Below are positions 42,712-56,500 of a stretch of DNA of 64,000 nt, piece after piece (position 1 is the stretch's first letter; each line of letters begins with the position of its first letter). The position numbers and the translations under genes were made by a program. Source of the DNA: Eledone cirrhosa (Eukaryota); the NCBI GenBank assembly GCA_964016885.1, contig OZ024752.1, positions 42,036,001 through 42,100,000 of the forward strand, read 5' to 3'. Below the pieces are notes generated by a model, which was not told the DNA's origin, did not search any database, and saw nothing but the letters and a program-made list of their open reading frames with translations.

Positions 42712-44410
42712 TATATTATAAATAAATATATATTATATATATATTATAAATAAATATATATTATATATATATTATAAATAAATATATATTATATATATAT
42801 TATAAATAAATATATATTATATATATATTATAAATAAATATATATTATATATATATTATAAATAAATAAATATTATATATATATTATAAATAAATATATA
42901 TTATATATATATTATAAATAAATAAATATTATATATATATTATAAATAAATATATATTATATATATATTATAAATAAATATATATTATATATATTTTATA
43001 AATAAATATATATTATCTATATATATTATAAATAAATATATATTATATATATATTATAAATAAATATATATTATATATATATTATAAATAAATATATATT
43101 ATATATATATTATAAATAAATATATATTATATATATATTATAAATAAATATATATTATATATATATTATAAATAAATATATATTATATATATATTATAAA
43201 TAAATAAATATTATATATATATTATAAATAAATATATATTATATATATATTATAAATAAATAAATATTATATATATATTATAAATAAATATATATTATAT
43301 ATATATTATAAATAAATATATATTATATATATTTTATAAATAAATATATATTATCTATATATATTATAAATAAATATATATTATATATATATTATAAATA
43401 AATATATATTATATATATATTATAAATAAATATATATTATATATATATTATAAATAAATATATATTATATATATATTATAAATAAATATATATTATATAT
43501 ATATTATAAATAAATATATATTATATATATATTATAAATAAATATATATATATATTATAAATAAATATATATTATATATATATTATAAATAAATATATAT
43601 TATATATATATTATAAATAAATATATATTATATATATATTATAAATAAATATATATTATATATATATATTATAAATAAATAAATATTATATATATATTAT
43701 AAATAAATATATATTATATATATATTATAAATAAATATATATTATATATATATTATAAACAAATAAATATTATATATATATTATAAATAAATATATATTA
43801 TATATATATTATAAATAAATATATATTATATATATATTATAAATAAATATATATATATATTATAAATAAATATATATTATATATATATATTATAAATAAA
43901 TATATATTATATATAATAAACAAATAAATATTATATATATATTATAAATAAATATATATTATATATATATTATAAATAAATATATATTATATATATATTA
44001 TAAATAAATAAATATTATATATATATTATAAATAAATATATATTATATATATATTATAAATAAATATATATTATATATATTTTATAAATAAATATATATT
44101 ATCTATATATATTATAAATAAATATATATTATATATATATTATAAATAAATATATATTATATATATATTATAAATAAATATATATTATATATATATTATA
44201 AATAAATATATATTATATATATATTATAAATAAATATATATTATATATATATTATAAATAAATATATATATATTATAAATAAATATATATTATATATATA
44301 TTATAAATAAATATATATTATATATATATTATAAATAAATATATATTATATATATATTATAAATAAATATATATTATATATATATATATATTATAAATAA
44401 ATATATATAA
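42712..44410. repeat. Almost pure AT 28-bp minisatellite (tattataaataaatatatattatatata)
   Basis: About 1.7 kb tandem array. Confidence 0.95.
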
Positions 44411-44422
44411 TGTATATGTATG

Positions 44423-44478
<56 letters not shown>

Positions 44479-44672
44479 TGCTTGTATGTGTAGGTGCATG
44501 TTGAGTGAAAAGAAAAAGATAGAGAGAGAGAGAGAAGGGGAGAAAGAGAGAGAGAGAGAAAGACAGAGAGAGAGGGGGAGCGTGTGTGAGTTGCAAATAT
44601 TATTCGGAACATAGCACGTGTATTTTTTTCACCCAAATTAATGGCCATTCACTACTTTTCTTATTGTTACAG

Positions 44673-44813
44673 GTTCAGTATGGATCCCCGAGAACGGCAT
44701 ACCGTTTGGGCATTTCTCATTGGAGGCACCGTTATGTGGGCAGGTATTTATGGGACAAACCAGGCGCAGGTCCAACGAGCATTTTCTTTACCGACCCTGA
44801 AGAAAGCTCAAAT
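44673..44813 (+). CDS. SLC5A8-like: SLC5 exon 6 (FSMDPRERHTVW...NQAQVQRAFSLPTLKKAQ)
   Basis: tacAG acceptor, GTAAGT donor, 141 nt, phase 2 to 2. Confidence 0.94.
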
Positions 44814-45325
44814 GTAAGTATCGCCAAGAAATGTTTCCTCCAAATTATATTTAATGCATGTCTTTGCTCTGTTTTAATTTCTCGATGTTCGTAGTTCGTA
44901 GGGAAGTTAGCGAACGAAAGAAATGTGATTTTATAAATTTTCCTCAAGGGAGACAATTTTTTCAGTCACGTTATTTCATCATTACTCTTATAACGTTTCT
45001 TGTTAAGCAATTTGATATATCTAATACATACATCTGCTCTGTCTTTATGCCTCGATGGTATAGGTTCGTAGGGAAGTTAGCGAAAAAAATTATTAGTTAA
45101 TATATAAGTTGTACTCAAGGGACATAATTCTTTCAGCTAAGCTCTTTCATTATTACTGTATTAATGTTTCCTCTTAAACAATTCATTATATATAATACAT
45201 ATTTTGTACGTAGCCTAGTGGTTCAATTGATGGGCGTGGTTCAATTTATGGGCGTGCAGCGCGTTATATTTTTGAGCGAAATACTTACTTTTACGCTGCT
45301 AATTTCTGCCAAGTGTTGCGACCGA

Positions 45326-45502
45326 CAGTGAAATTCCGTTATAACGACATTCACAAAGTATAAAAAAATTCGAAAAATTCTTTATAACGAGATCGACAGA
45401 AATAAATCGAGCGTTTGTTTGTTATTACCTCGGGGACTGAAAAAAATTCATTATACTGAAAAATTCGTTATAATAGTATTTGTTATAACGGAATTTTACC
45501 TG
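45326..45502. mobile_element. Tigger/pogo-like MITE
   Basis: TIR CAGTGAAATTCCGTTATAAC / GTTATAACGGAATTTTACCTG. Confidence 0.65.
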
Positions 45503-46314
45503 TATTAACAATGGTCTCTGATATAAGCACAAGGCCAAAAATTTTGGGGGAGAGGAAAGTCGATTAAATAGACCCCAGTGCGTAACTGGTACTTACCTGT
45601 ATTAACAATGAAAACATTGTTTTCTTGGTTTGATCTACAGATCAGCCATTTAAAAAAATTCTTTATATTTATGTTTATGTTTCCACGTTTGTAGTGATGT
45701 TAGCGAGAAAAAAAAATGTGGTTTTATAGATTCTATCAGGCGTTCTAACCCCTTTACCAACTCACTGTCTTATTTTATGTTTAAAAAAAAATGGGAGAAA
45801 GATCCCATAACTCCTTGCGGGGTCGTAGAGGCACCATCATAGGGCGTGTCTAGGGCACTTTTAAACCTGGCGGAGCCCAACCCTCTCCAGGTCTGAACAT
45901 AGTTGTTTATTAGCTGCCTCTGATTATAAATAGTAGAGGTCAGCTTATATTCAAGTATGGTATGGTATGGTCATTTAACTCCTGGGGGAGTCTTAGGGAC
46001 GCCATATTCACATAAGGTGTTTCTTGGGCATTTTAAGCCTGGTGGAACCCATCTCTCTCCAGGCCCGAGTACAGCGGATTTCTTCCAGAGAAATATAGAA
46101 AGTTAGAGAGAGAGGAAGTGAGAAAGAGATATAGAGGAAGAATAGACCCCAGTACTAGACTGGTACTTTTATTTATCGTCCTCGAAAGGAGGAAAGACAA
46201 AATTGACCCCGGTGGGATTTGAACTCAGAGCGTGTAATGAGGTGGGACGAATACCGTAAAACATTTTATCCGACGTCTTAAAAACTCAGCCAATTCGCCA
46301 TATTTTATTTCCAG

Positions 46315-46444
46315 AGCAATTTGGCTAAATTTCCCGTGCCTGCTTATTATCCTGTATTTATGTGGCCTCATCGGAGTAGTTCTTTATGCCTTCTACAGCA
46401 AATGTGATCCCCTCTCCGCCAATATCATTACAGCATCGGATCAG
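46315..46444 (+). CDS. SLC5A8-like: SLC5 exon 7 (AIWLNFP...YSKCDPL...SDQ)
   Basis: ttccAG acceptor, GTAATA donor, 130 nt, CDP and DQ motifs. Confidence 0.93.
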
Positions 46445-46561
46445 GTAATATTTTTATCGATCAAATCGATTAATCAATTACATTATTGTTATTTTTTAAT
46501 CAATAACTGTATGGTGTTATTAACGGGGAGCTGCGGAGATGGCCGGGTGGTTAAGAAGTTC

Positions 46562-46610
<49 letters not shown>

Positions 46611-47283
46611 GCGCACACGTCACACATTCACGCACTCACGCACATACACACGCGCATACGTACACTTACATACACATACAAACGCACACGTACTCACACG
46701 CGTACAAACATACATACATACACACATCCACACAAACACACACACACATATATACACACACACATATATATATACACATACAAACACGCATACATACAGG
46801 TTTTTTTCAGAGTTTCCCTCTCATAGAAAGGTGTTGTGACAACATACATACATTCATACATACATACATACGTACATTCATACATACATACATACAAACA
46901 TACATACATACATAAATACAACATTCATACATACATACATACATAAATACATACATACATACATTCATAAATACATACATACATACATTCATACATACAT
47001 ACATACATACATACATACATACATACATACATACATACATACATACGTACATACATACATACGTACATACGTACATACATACATACATACATACATACGT
47101 ACATACATACATTCATACATACATACATACATTCATACATACATACATACATACATACATGCATGCATACATACATACCCACTCTATCAAGCGGTCGATA
47201 AATAACACCAGTTCAATACTAGGTCGATTCTTCTCTCTCTGTACCACTCTCTCTCTCTCGCCCCACCTCTCTCTCTCACTATA

Positions 47284-47315
<32 letters not shown>

Positions 47316-47338
47316 ACTATTTTGATTTTATTTTCCAG

Positions 47339-47427
47339 CTAGTTCCTCTCTTTGTCATGGATACACTTCAGAATCTTCCCGGGATTCCTGGAATGTTCCT
47401 GGCTTCCATTTTTAGTGGAACACTAAG
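47339..47427 (+). CDS. SLC5A8-like: SLC5 exon 8 (LVPLFVMDTLQNLPGIPGMFLASIFSGTL)
   Basis: ttccAG acceptor, GTAAAT donor, 89 nt, phase 0 to 2. Confidence 0.94.
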
Positions 47428-47481
47428 GTAAATATGACATCCATCTTCGTATTTATTCTAAACCAGAGTCTATTAAAGTGA

Positions 47482-48060
47482 AGGCTAAAGATGGCTTAGT
47501 GGTTAAAGCATTGGGCTTGCAATCGAAAGGTTGTGAATTCAATTCTCGGACCGGATTATGTGTTGTTTCCTTGAGCAAGACACTTTATTTCACGTTGCTC
47601 CAGTTTTACTCAGCTGTAGAAATGAGATGATAGGGACTGGGGTCCCTATCATTAAATCACCCAAGACACCTCCAGCGAGATATACCTTGGAGGAGGCCAG
47701 CTGAACCTGCATAGGTGTGAGCTGTCACACACACACACACACCGCACCACACCACACCACACCACACCACACCACACCACACCACACCACACCACACCAC
47801 ACTACACCACACCAGTGAAGGCGCATGGCTTAGTAGTTAGAGCATTGGGCTTGCAATCGAAAGGTTGTGAGTTCAATTCTCGGACCGGGTGATGTGTTGT
47901 GTCCTTGAGCAAGACACTTTATTTCACGTTGCTCCAGTTTTACTCAGCTGTAGAAATGAGATGATAGGGACTGGGGTCCCTATCATTAAATCACCCAAGA
48001 CACCTCCAGCGAGATATACCTTGGAGGAGGCCAGCTAAACCTGCATAGGTGTGAGTTGTC
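47482..48060 (+). mobile_element. Two duplicated CORE-type tRNA SINEs
   Basis: TGGCTTAGTGGTT A-box, GTTCAATTC B-box, CORE-like GTGTCCTTGAGCAAGACACTT; related copies at 18040-18255(-), 25330-25540(-), 40700-40945(-). Confidence 0.75.
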
Positions 48061-48811
48061 ACACACACACAAAATCACGCCCACCCCCCGCACACACAAA
48101 ATCACCCCCCTCCACACACACACACACACACACAAAATCAAAATAAAAAAAAACAATCCACAAATTCAAACAAAACAAAAGCGCGCCCAAAATGAAATGT
48201 GCGTCGAACAATAATTGTTTGTTTTTCTTTGAGAAATTACATGAAATGGAGCTGGTTTCTATACTGTACATTGACAGTTAAGTATACCAGTAAACTGTTA
48301 GGTCCCCATTTATCTCCCTTTCCTTCTCTCTCTTTCTCACCCTCTCTCTTCTCTCTCTCTATATATATATATATCTCCTCTCTTTCGCTCTCTCTTTCTC
48401 TTTCTCACTCTCTCTTTCCCACTCTCTCTCTTTCTCACTCTCTCTCCCTCTCTCTCTCTTCTCTATATATGCCTCTCTCTCTCTCTCTCTTTCTCTCCCA
48501 CCCTCTCTCTTTTTCTCACTTACTTTCTCTCTCAATCTCTCTCTCTCTCTCTCCCCTTCTCTCTTCCTTACCCTCGCTCTCTCTCTCCCTCCCCCTCTCC
48601 TCTCTCTTCCTCAACCCTCTCTCGCCGCCCCCTGCTAACATTACACAACCATGTTTTCTAGTACAGAACATTTCAATGTTGCAGTTGTCAGCTATTTTAG
48701 GAATCTATTTCTTTTCAAACGAAACAACATAAATAAAACTGGTGATAAAATATAGCTTTTCTTTTGACAGAGACGAGGGAGGAGGTAAAAGAAATATATA
48801 CACACACTGGC

Positions 48812-48844
<33 letters not shown>

Positions 48845-48909
48845 AGTAGGTATATATATATATATATATAAGAATAATATTAAGAAAGAAGCTGATGTTA
48901 CCCCCTCTC

Positions 48910-48940
<31 letters not shown>

Positions 48941-48961
48941 GTATGTATATATGTATGTATG

Positions 48962-49020
<59 letters not shown>

Positions 49021-49162
49021 GTTCAAGTGAACTATAACTTCCTCCTATATATATATATGTATATATAAATATATATACATATATATATATATGTATATAC
49101 ATATATATATATACATATATATATATATGTATATATATACATATATATATACATATATATTT

Positions 49163-49224
<62 letters not shown>

Positions 49225-49258
49225 ATATATATATATAGAGAGAGAAAAAGATGGAGAG

Positions 49259-49323
<65 letters not shown>

Positions 49324-49726
49324 ATGGAGAGATAAGTTTTTGATATTTGATGATGACAATTGCTGTTGTATGAAGAATTGGGGAGGAATTTAGGTCAGGT
49401 GTTGGTACCACAAAATATCCTATTTATATAGTTTTATGGGTTACATAATTTAAGAACCTTTGGCACAGTAAATGTTAGAGGAAAACAGGATGATGATGGC
49501 TGCAACTCGATTTTGAGTAATGCCATCACTTGATACTTAAGCATGAATATCATGGACGTGGCTTTTTAGTCCTGCTAGGAACTTGCCTATGATCAGTAAT
49601 ATCAATGCATCGCAAAAAATGCCACATATGCCTGTATGTATGTATCTTTTTGGTAAATATCATCGAAAACGAGTTGGCAGCCACCATGTATGTATGTATG
49701 TATGTTTGTATGTATATATGTATGTA

Positions 49727-50225
49727 TGACTTTGGACATCCTGCAGGACTAAAAACAAAACCTGTCAAAGGGCAAAGGAGCTCTTAAGAGTCAATGGCCA
49801 ACCAAAATCACCGGGAGAGATGACCCCCTTAGCCTTTGTCAAGGCAGAATTCTAGGAGAAGGAAAACTCTGATATAACACCTGCAACCCTGATGGTATCC
49901 AATGATGTTGACTTGTTCTTCTTTTTGGTAAATATTATCTTGGTTAAGAGAGTGGGACTGGCTTTGTGCGGTGCCTTTGCTCACTATAAAAGCTTCACGG
50001 CACAGGCATTGCTTTGTATTTGGAGATCTCTCTGCACTTGTCGTCACATGGTACCATGGGCCCAGCAATATGTGTCAATAATTGTCACAAGTATAGTGTT
50101 TGTACCAGAGTTTTCAAGTCGCTGGCTGGACTAAAAAGTCACATTCGTTCAGCGCATCGGTAGGGGTTCTCCTACATGGATATAAAGTAGTGGCCGTACT
50201 CGAAAACGAGTTGGCAGCCACCATG
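49727..50225 (+). mobile_element. Non-autonomous RTE-like element with (TATG)n tail
   Basis: CTAGGAGAAGGAAAACTCTGA motif reminiscent of RTE 5' regions; embedded in (TATG)n; inverted homolog at 60768-61385. Confidence 0.55.
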
Positions 50226-50305
50226 TATGTATGTATGTATGTATGTATGTATGTATGTATGTATGTATGTATGTATGTATGTATGTATGTATGTATGTAT
50301 GTATG

Positions 50306-50339
<34 letters not shown>

Positions 50340-50527
50340 TGTATGTATGTATGTATGAATGTATGTATATATATATATTTATATATATACGTTATTCCGG
50401 GTTGAATCGGAGGTAACCACAGTAAGTAAGGTACTCAATACATAGCAGAGTATAAAAGTTTTAATATAGATGAGATTCTACAGGACTAGAACTGTTTCAT
50501 TCATTAGAAATCATCAGAAATCATCTG

Positions 50528-50576
50528 GATTCCTGATGATTTCTAATGAATGAAACAGTTCTAGTCCTGTAGAATC
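50528..50576 (+). ncRNA. Type I hammerhead ribozyme, GUA triplet (mirror copy on minus strand at 50474-50522)
   Basis: Same fold as 27686-27734; the only difference is in the stem II loop (UAAU vs UAAA). Confidence 0.78.
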
Positions 50577-50593
50577 TCATCTATATTAAAATA

Positions 50594-50629
<36 letters not shown>

Positions 50630-51192
50630 TAGTAAATTTGTATTCCAATGTTACTAAGTAGTTGCATTGGATGGAGTCAACCGACGTCAGAGATTGCTCA
50701 ACGTATAATAAAGTGTGTTTTAAAATCTCTATACTGTAACCATCGTTTGAAAACGACTTTTTCTTTTTTTAAATGCATATAATGTTACCTTTTTACACCA
50801 CCGTTTGCAGATTTCTGTCTAATATGTTTATACACAGGATATGGCTTTCTATAATAATAGTACTGAACACTGTTTTTCTGGACCCCTTTAGAAATAACCT
50901 GCTACTATAATAGCCCTAATAACTTGTCTGTGACACTGTACCACTTTGACCCCTTTAACTAAATTTTGTCCGAACAACACCACTAGAAGAATCTACTTCC
51001 CCGCCAACCTTAGCATGCCTCATTAAGCTCACTGCTGCCAAAACATTCTCTCCTCACAATCTCTACTAGTCTGACAGTCTTAAATCATAAGACTCCCTCC
51101 ACCTTACTCACTTCCCTCTTCCCCTTCTCTTCCTACCTCCTTCTTTATCTTTTATCTAGTGTATAAAATATTTTCATATCATTCTAATACAA

Positions 51193-51309
51193 AGGTCTGA
51201 AGACATGGTGTGTGTGCTTACAGTGTACCTTCGGTTTATGATAATATTTGTATATTATTCAAATAGCGAGGTATAGGTAACCCATACACTATAGAAACAA
51301 TTGTTACCT
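51193..51309 (+). ncRNA. Type I hammerhead with ~90-nt extended stem II, GUU triplet
   Basis: AGGU-CUGAAGA-C.AUGGUGUGUG...CAUACACUAU.A-GAAA-CAAUUG-UU-ACCU-AAUAAA; inner helices UGUACCU/AGGUAUA and GAUAAUAU/AUAUUAUU. Confidence 0.75.
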
Positions 51310-51355
51310 AATAAATTCTATATACCCGCATTTCCATTTCGTAAACTTCTTCTCC

Positions 51356-51388
<33 letters not shown>

Positions 51389-51529
51389 TTATATATCATC
51401 ATCATCATCATCATCATTTTACGTCCGCTTTTCCCTGCTTAGCATAGCATCTCTCTACTTGTCACGGTCCTTCGTCCTCTCCTCCGTATATTTTATTATA
51501 TATATACATATACATATATATATATATAC

Positions 51530-51628
<99 letters not shown>

Positions 51629-51742
51629 CATATACATATATATGTATATATATATATATATATACATACACATACATATATATGTATATATATATATATG
51701 TATATGTATATATATACATATATATGTATATGTATGTATATG

Positions 51743-51774
<32 letters not shown>

Positions 51775-51828
51775 TATATATTTATATATATTTATATATT
51801 TATATATTTATATATATATATATATATT

Positions 51829-51906
<78 letters not shown>

Positions 51907-52102
51907 ATATATGTATATATTTATATGTATGTATATATATATACACACACACATATACATAATAAATTGAATAAAAAATACGTATACAATAAATAAATAA
52001 ATAAGTTTCTTTAAACGACAATTTCTTACCATATATGGAAATATGGTAATTTGTTGAATAGTTATTTTCTTAGTTATAAGGACTACTTTGAAAGTATGTG
52101 TG

Positions 52103-52138
<36 letters not shown>

Positions 52139-52726
52139 CGGTGGGGGGGGGGGGGGCACTCCTGGTTTTTGTTTAGCCCCAGACCAGATTTGATGAAGTA
52201 GATTCATGATAAAAAGGCATTCCTGCTGTGAACATCCCGCCTTTTCTGTTACAGCGTAACTAAGATCCTATCATCCTATATGTCTTTTATTTTATAGAGA
52301 CCAAAGTGTAATTTGAGGGAGATTTGGTTGTTATTTCTAGGTTTCTGTTAGGTGTTGCCAACGCTACAGGGCCTGACATCATAGTTGGTGTCGAAGGGGA
52401 GATAATTTAGCTCAGTTATATATAAATGCATGTGTGCGTTGTCCCGTAACTCATCAGAGGCTATGGCAAAAAAATACTCGCTTCTAAAATGACTCACCGT
52501 GAGATGAAGCCCGAGGTCTCTTGATTGCAAAGCGAACTATGGCTGGACATATATATGTTTACACACAAATGTATGTCTTATTACGAGGTCGATAAAATAA
52601 AGTACCAGTAATGCACTGGGGTCGATACAATAAAGTACCAGTAATGTACTGGGATCGATTTAATCGACTTTCCCCTCTCCCCAAATTGTTTGCGTTGTAC
52701 CTAAATCAGAAACCGTTATTTTACAG

Positions 52727-52842
52727 TACCATCGCTGCTGGAATGAATTCTTTGTCTGCTGTGATATTCCAAGATTTTTTAAAGCCATACTGCCTTAAAG
52801 GAGTGTCCGATGACAAATCGACATTCGTTACTAAAATCTTAG
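52727..52842 (+). CDS. SLC5A8-like: SLC5 exon 9 (STIAAGMNSLSAVIFQDFLKP...TKIL)
   Basis: tacAG acceptor, GTAAGA donor, 116 nt, phase 2 to 1. Confidence 0.93.
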
Positions 52843-53091
52843 GTAAGATGGAATATTTTTGTATCAATATACAGAAATAGTCTTGAGAACGTTATATGAA
52901 TGGACTGAGAAAGCTCTATAATTAATAGAGAATTGTAAATGAAACAGAGCTGGCTTAAAATGTGATCTGCCCTAGATTTTTTTCGGCGACATGTTCCAAA
53001 ATAAAACTATCTACTGTTTACTGTATTCTCGTTCGTTCATAATTTCCTTTTTCTAATAAATCACTCGTAATGTTATTATTCATATTTCCAG

Positions 53092-53159
53092 CTCTTTGCT
53101 TGGGTATCCTGTGTCTTACAGCAACAGTTGGTGCCTCTAAACTAGGTGGAATCCTCCAA
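53092..53159 (+). CDS. SLC5A8-like: SLC5 exon 10 (ALCLGILCLTATVGASKLGGILQ)
   Basis: ttccAG acceptor, GTAAGA donor, 68 nt, phase 1 to 0. Confidence 0.92.
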
Positions 53160-53518
53160 GTAAGAATCATTTCAATCTTAACCATTGCATTGCCATGTTT
53201 CTAACAAACGACACTGTTTATGGCTTTCAAATATTTCTGAAAATAATCAAGAATTTCAAGGGTTTTAGTAATATAAGAAACTTCCTCGTTATTGAGCAGT
53301 TGTTTGGAGGTTAACTTAACAAAGGCTCTTACATGGAATTATTAAGTAAAATTTTAGATAAATATAAACACTTTCAAATAAACAGCTTAGTAGCCATAAA
53401 ACCAAAGGCTATCGGTGGCGGTTTGACATAAAAAAAAAGATAATAATAATATCCATCGAAACGATTCTATCTAATCATGTCCTTCCAGTTATTTCCAGCC
53501 AAACGTATTTCATTCAAT

Positions 53519-56500
53519 TCTTCTTCTTCTGATCGTCCAAAAGAGTGTCAGTTACAAAGCTTGGCTAGATGTGGTTCCACCACAGCTGAACACATTGCTG
53601 TCGTTTCTCATTGAACTCTGCCAAGTCCAATGCTGTGCAGGGGTGTTCCAGCAGGGGGTATATCAGGAGGTTCTGCGAGGTACAATACTGCAGTCACAAC
53701 AACATCCCCATCTTTTAAATATCCCCTGCAGTCACACACAACATCCCCATCTTTTAAATATCCCCTGCAGTCACACACAACATCTCCATCTTTTAAATAT
53801 CCCCTGCAGTCACACACAACATCCCCATCTTTTAAATATCCCCTGCAGTCACACACAACATCTTCATCTTTTAAATATCCCCTGCAGTCACACACAACAT
53901 CCCCATCTTTTAAATATCCCCTGCAGTCACACACAACATCCCCATCTTTTAAATATCCCCTGCAGTCACACACAACATCCCCATCTTTTAAATATCCCCT
54001 GCAGTCACACACAACATCTCCATCTTTTAAATAATCCCTGCAGTCACACACAACATCCCCATCTTTTAAATATCCCCCACACAACATCCCCATCTTTTAA
54101 ATATCCCCTGCAGTCACACACAACATCTCCATCTTTTAAATATCCCCTGCAGTCACACACAACATCCCCATCTTTTAAATATCCCACACACAACATCCCC
54201 ATCTTTTAAATATCCCCTGCAGTCACACACAACATCTCCATCTTTTAAATATCCCCTGCAGTCACACACAACATCCCCATCTTTTAAATATCCCCTGCAG
54301 TCACACACAACATCCCCATCTTTTAAATATCCCCTGCAGTCACACACAACATCTCCATCTTTTAAATATCCCCTGCAGTCACACACAACATCCCCATCTT
54401 TTAAATATCCCCTGCAGTCACACACAACATCCCCATCTTTTAAATATCCCCTGCAGTCACACACAACATCTCCATCTTTTAAATATCCCCTGCAGTCACA
54501 CACAACATCCCCATCTTTTAAATATCCCCTGCAGTCACACACAACATCCCCATCTTTTAAATATCCCCTGCAGTCACACACAACATCCCCATCTTTTAAA
54601 TATCCCCTGCAGTCACACACAACATCTCCATCTTTTAAATATCCCCTGCAGTCACACACAACATCCCCATCTTTTAAATATCCCCTGCAGTCACACACAA
54701 CATCTCCATCTTTTAAATATCCCCTGCAGTCACACACAACATCCCCATCTTTTAAATATCCCCTGCAGTCACACACAACATCCCCATCTTTTAAATATCC
54801 CCTGCAGTCACACACAACATCCCCATCTTTTAAATATCCCCTGCAGTCACACACAACATCCCCATCTTTTAAATATCCCCTGCAGTCACACACAACATCC
54901 CCATCTTTTAAATATCCCCTGCAGTCACACACAACATCCCCATCTTTTAAATATCCCCTGCAGTCACACACAACATCCCCATCTTTTAAATATCCCCTGC
55001 AGTCACACACAACATCCCCATCTTTTAAATATCCCCTGCAGTCACACACAACATCCCCATCTTTTAAATATCCCCTGCAGTCACACACAACATCTCCATC
55101 TTTTAAATATCCCCTGCAGTCACACACAACATCCCCATCTTTTAAATATCCCCTGCAGTCACACACAACATCCCCATCTTTTAAATATCCCCTGCAGTCA
55201 CACACAACATCTCCATCTTTTAAATAATCCCTGCAGTCACACACAACATCCCCATCTTTTAAATATCCCCCACACAACATCCCCATCTTTTAAATATCCC
55301 CTGCAGTCACACACAACATCTCCATCTTTTAAATATCCCCTGCAGTCACACACAACATCTCCATCTTTTAAATATCCCCTGCAGTCACACACAACATCTC
55401 CATCTTTTAAATATCCCCTGCAGTCACACACAACATCCCCATCTTTTAAATATCCCCTGCAGTCACACACAACATCCCCATCTTTTAAATATCCCCTGCA
55501 GTCACACACAACATCCCCATCTTTTAAATATCCCCTGCAGTCACACACAACATCCCCATCTTTTAACTATCCCCTGCAGTCACACACAACATCCCCATCT
55601 TTTAAATATCCCACACACAACATCCCCATCTTTTAAATATCCCCTGCAGTCACACACAACATCTCCATCTTTTAAATATCCCCTGCAGTCACACACAACA
55701 TCCCCATCTTTTAAATATCCCCTGCAGTCACACACAACATCCCCATCTTTTAAATATCCCCTGCAGTCACACACAACATCCCCATCTTTTAAATATCCCC
55801 TGCAGTCACACACAACATCCCCATCTTTTAAATATCCCCTGCAGTCACACACAACATCCCCATCTTTTAAATATCCCCTGCAGTCACACACAACATCCCC
55901 ATCTTTTAAATATCCCCTGCAGTCACACACAACATCCCCATCTTTTAAATATCCCCTGCAGTCACACACAACATCCCCATCTTTTAAATATCCCCTGCAG
56001 TCACACACAACATCCCCATCTTTTAAATATCCCCTGCAGTCACACACAACATCCCCATCTTTTAAATATCCCCTGCAGTCACACACAACATCCCCATCTT
56101 TTAAATATCCCCTGCAGTCACACACAACATCTCCATCTTTTAAATATCCCCTGCAGTCACACACAACATCCCCATCTTTTAAATATCCCCTGCAGTCACA
56201 CACAACATCTCCATCTTTTAAATATCCCCTGCAGTCACACACAACATCCCCATCTTTTAAATATCCCACACACAACATCCCCATCTTTTAAATATCCCAC
56301 ACACAACATCCCCATCTTTTAAATATCCCCTGCAGTCACACACAACATCCCCATCTTTTAAATATCCCCTGCAGTCACACACAACATCCCCATCTTTTAA
56401 ATATCCCCTGCAGTCACACACAACATCCCCATCTTTTAAATATCCCCTGCAATCACACACAACATCTTCATCTTTTAAATATCCCCTGCAGTCACACACA

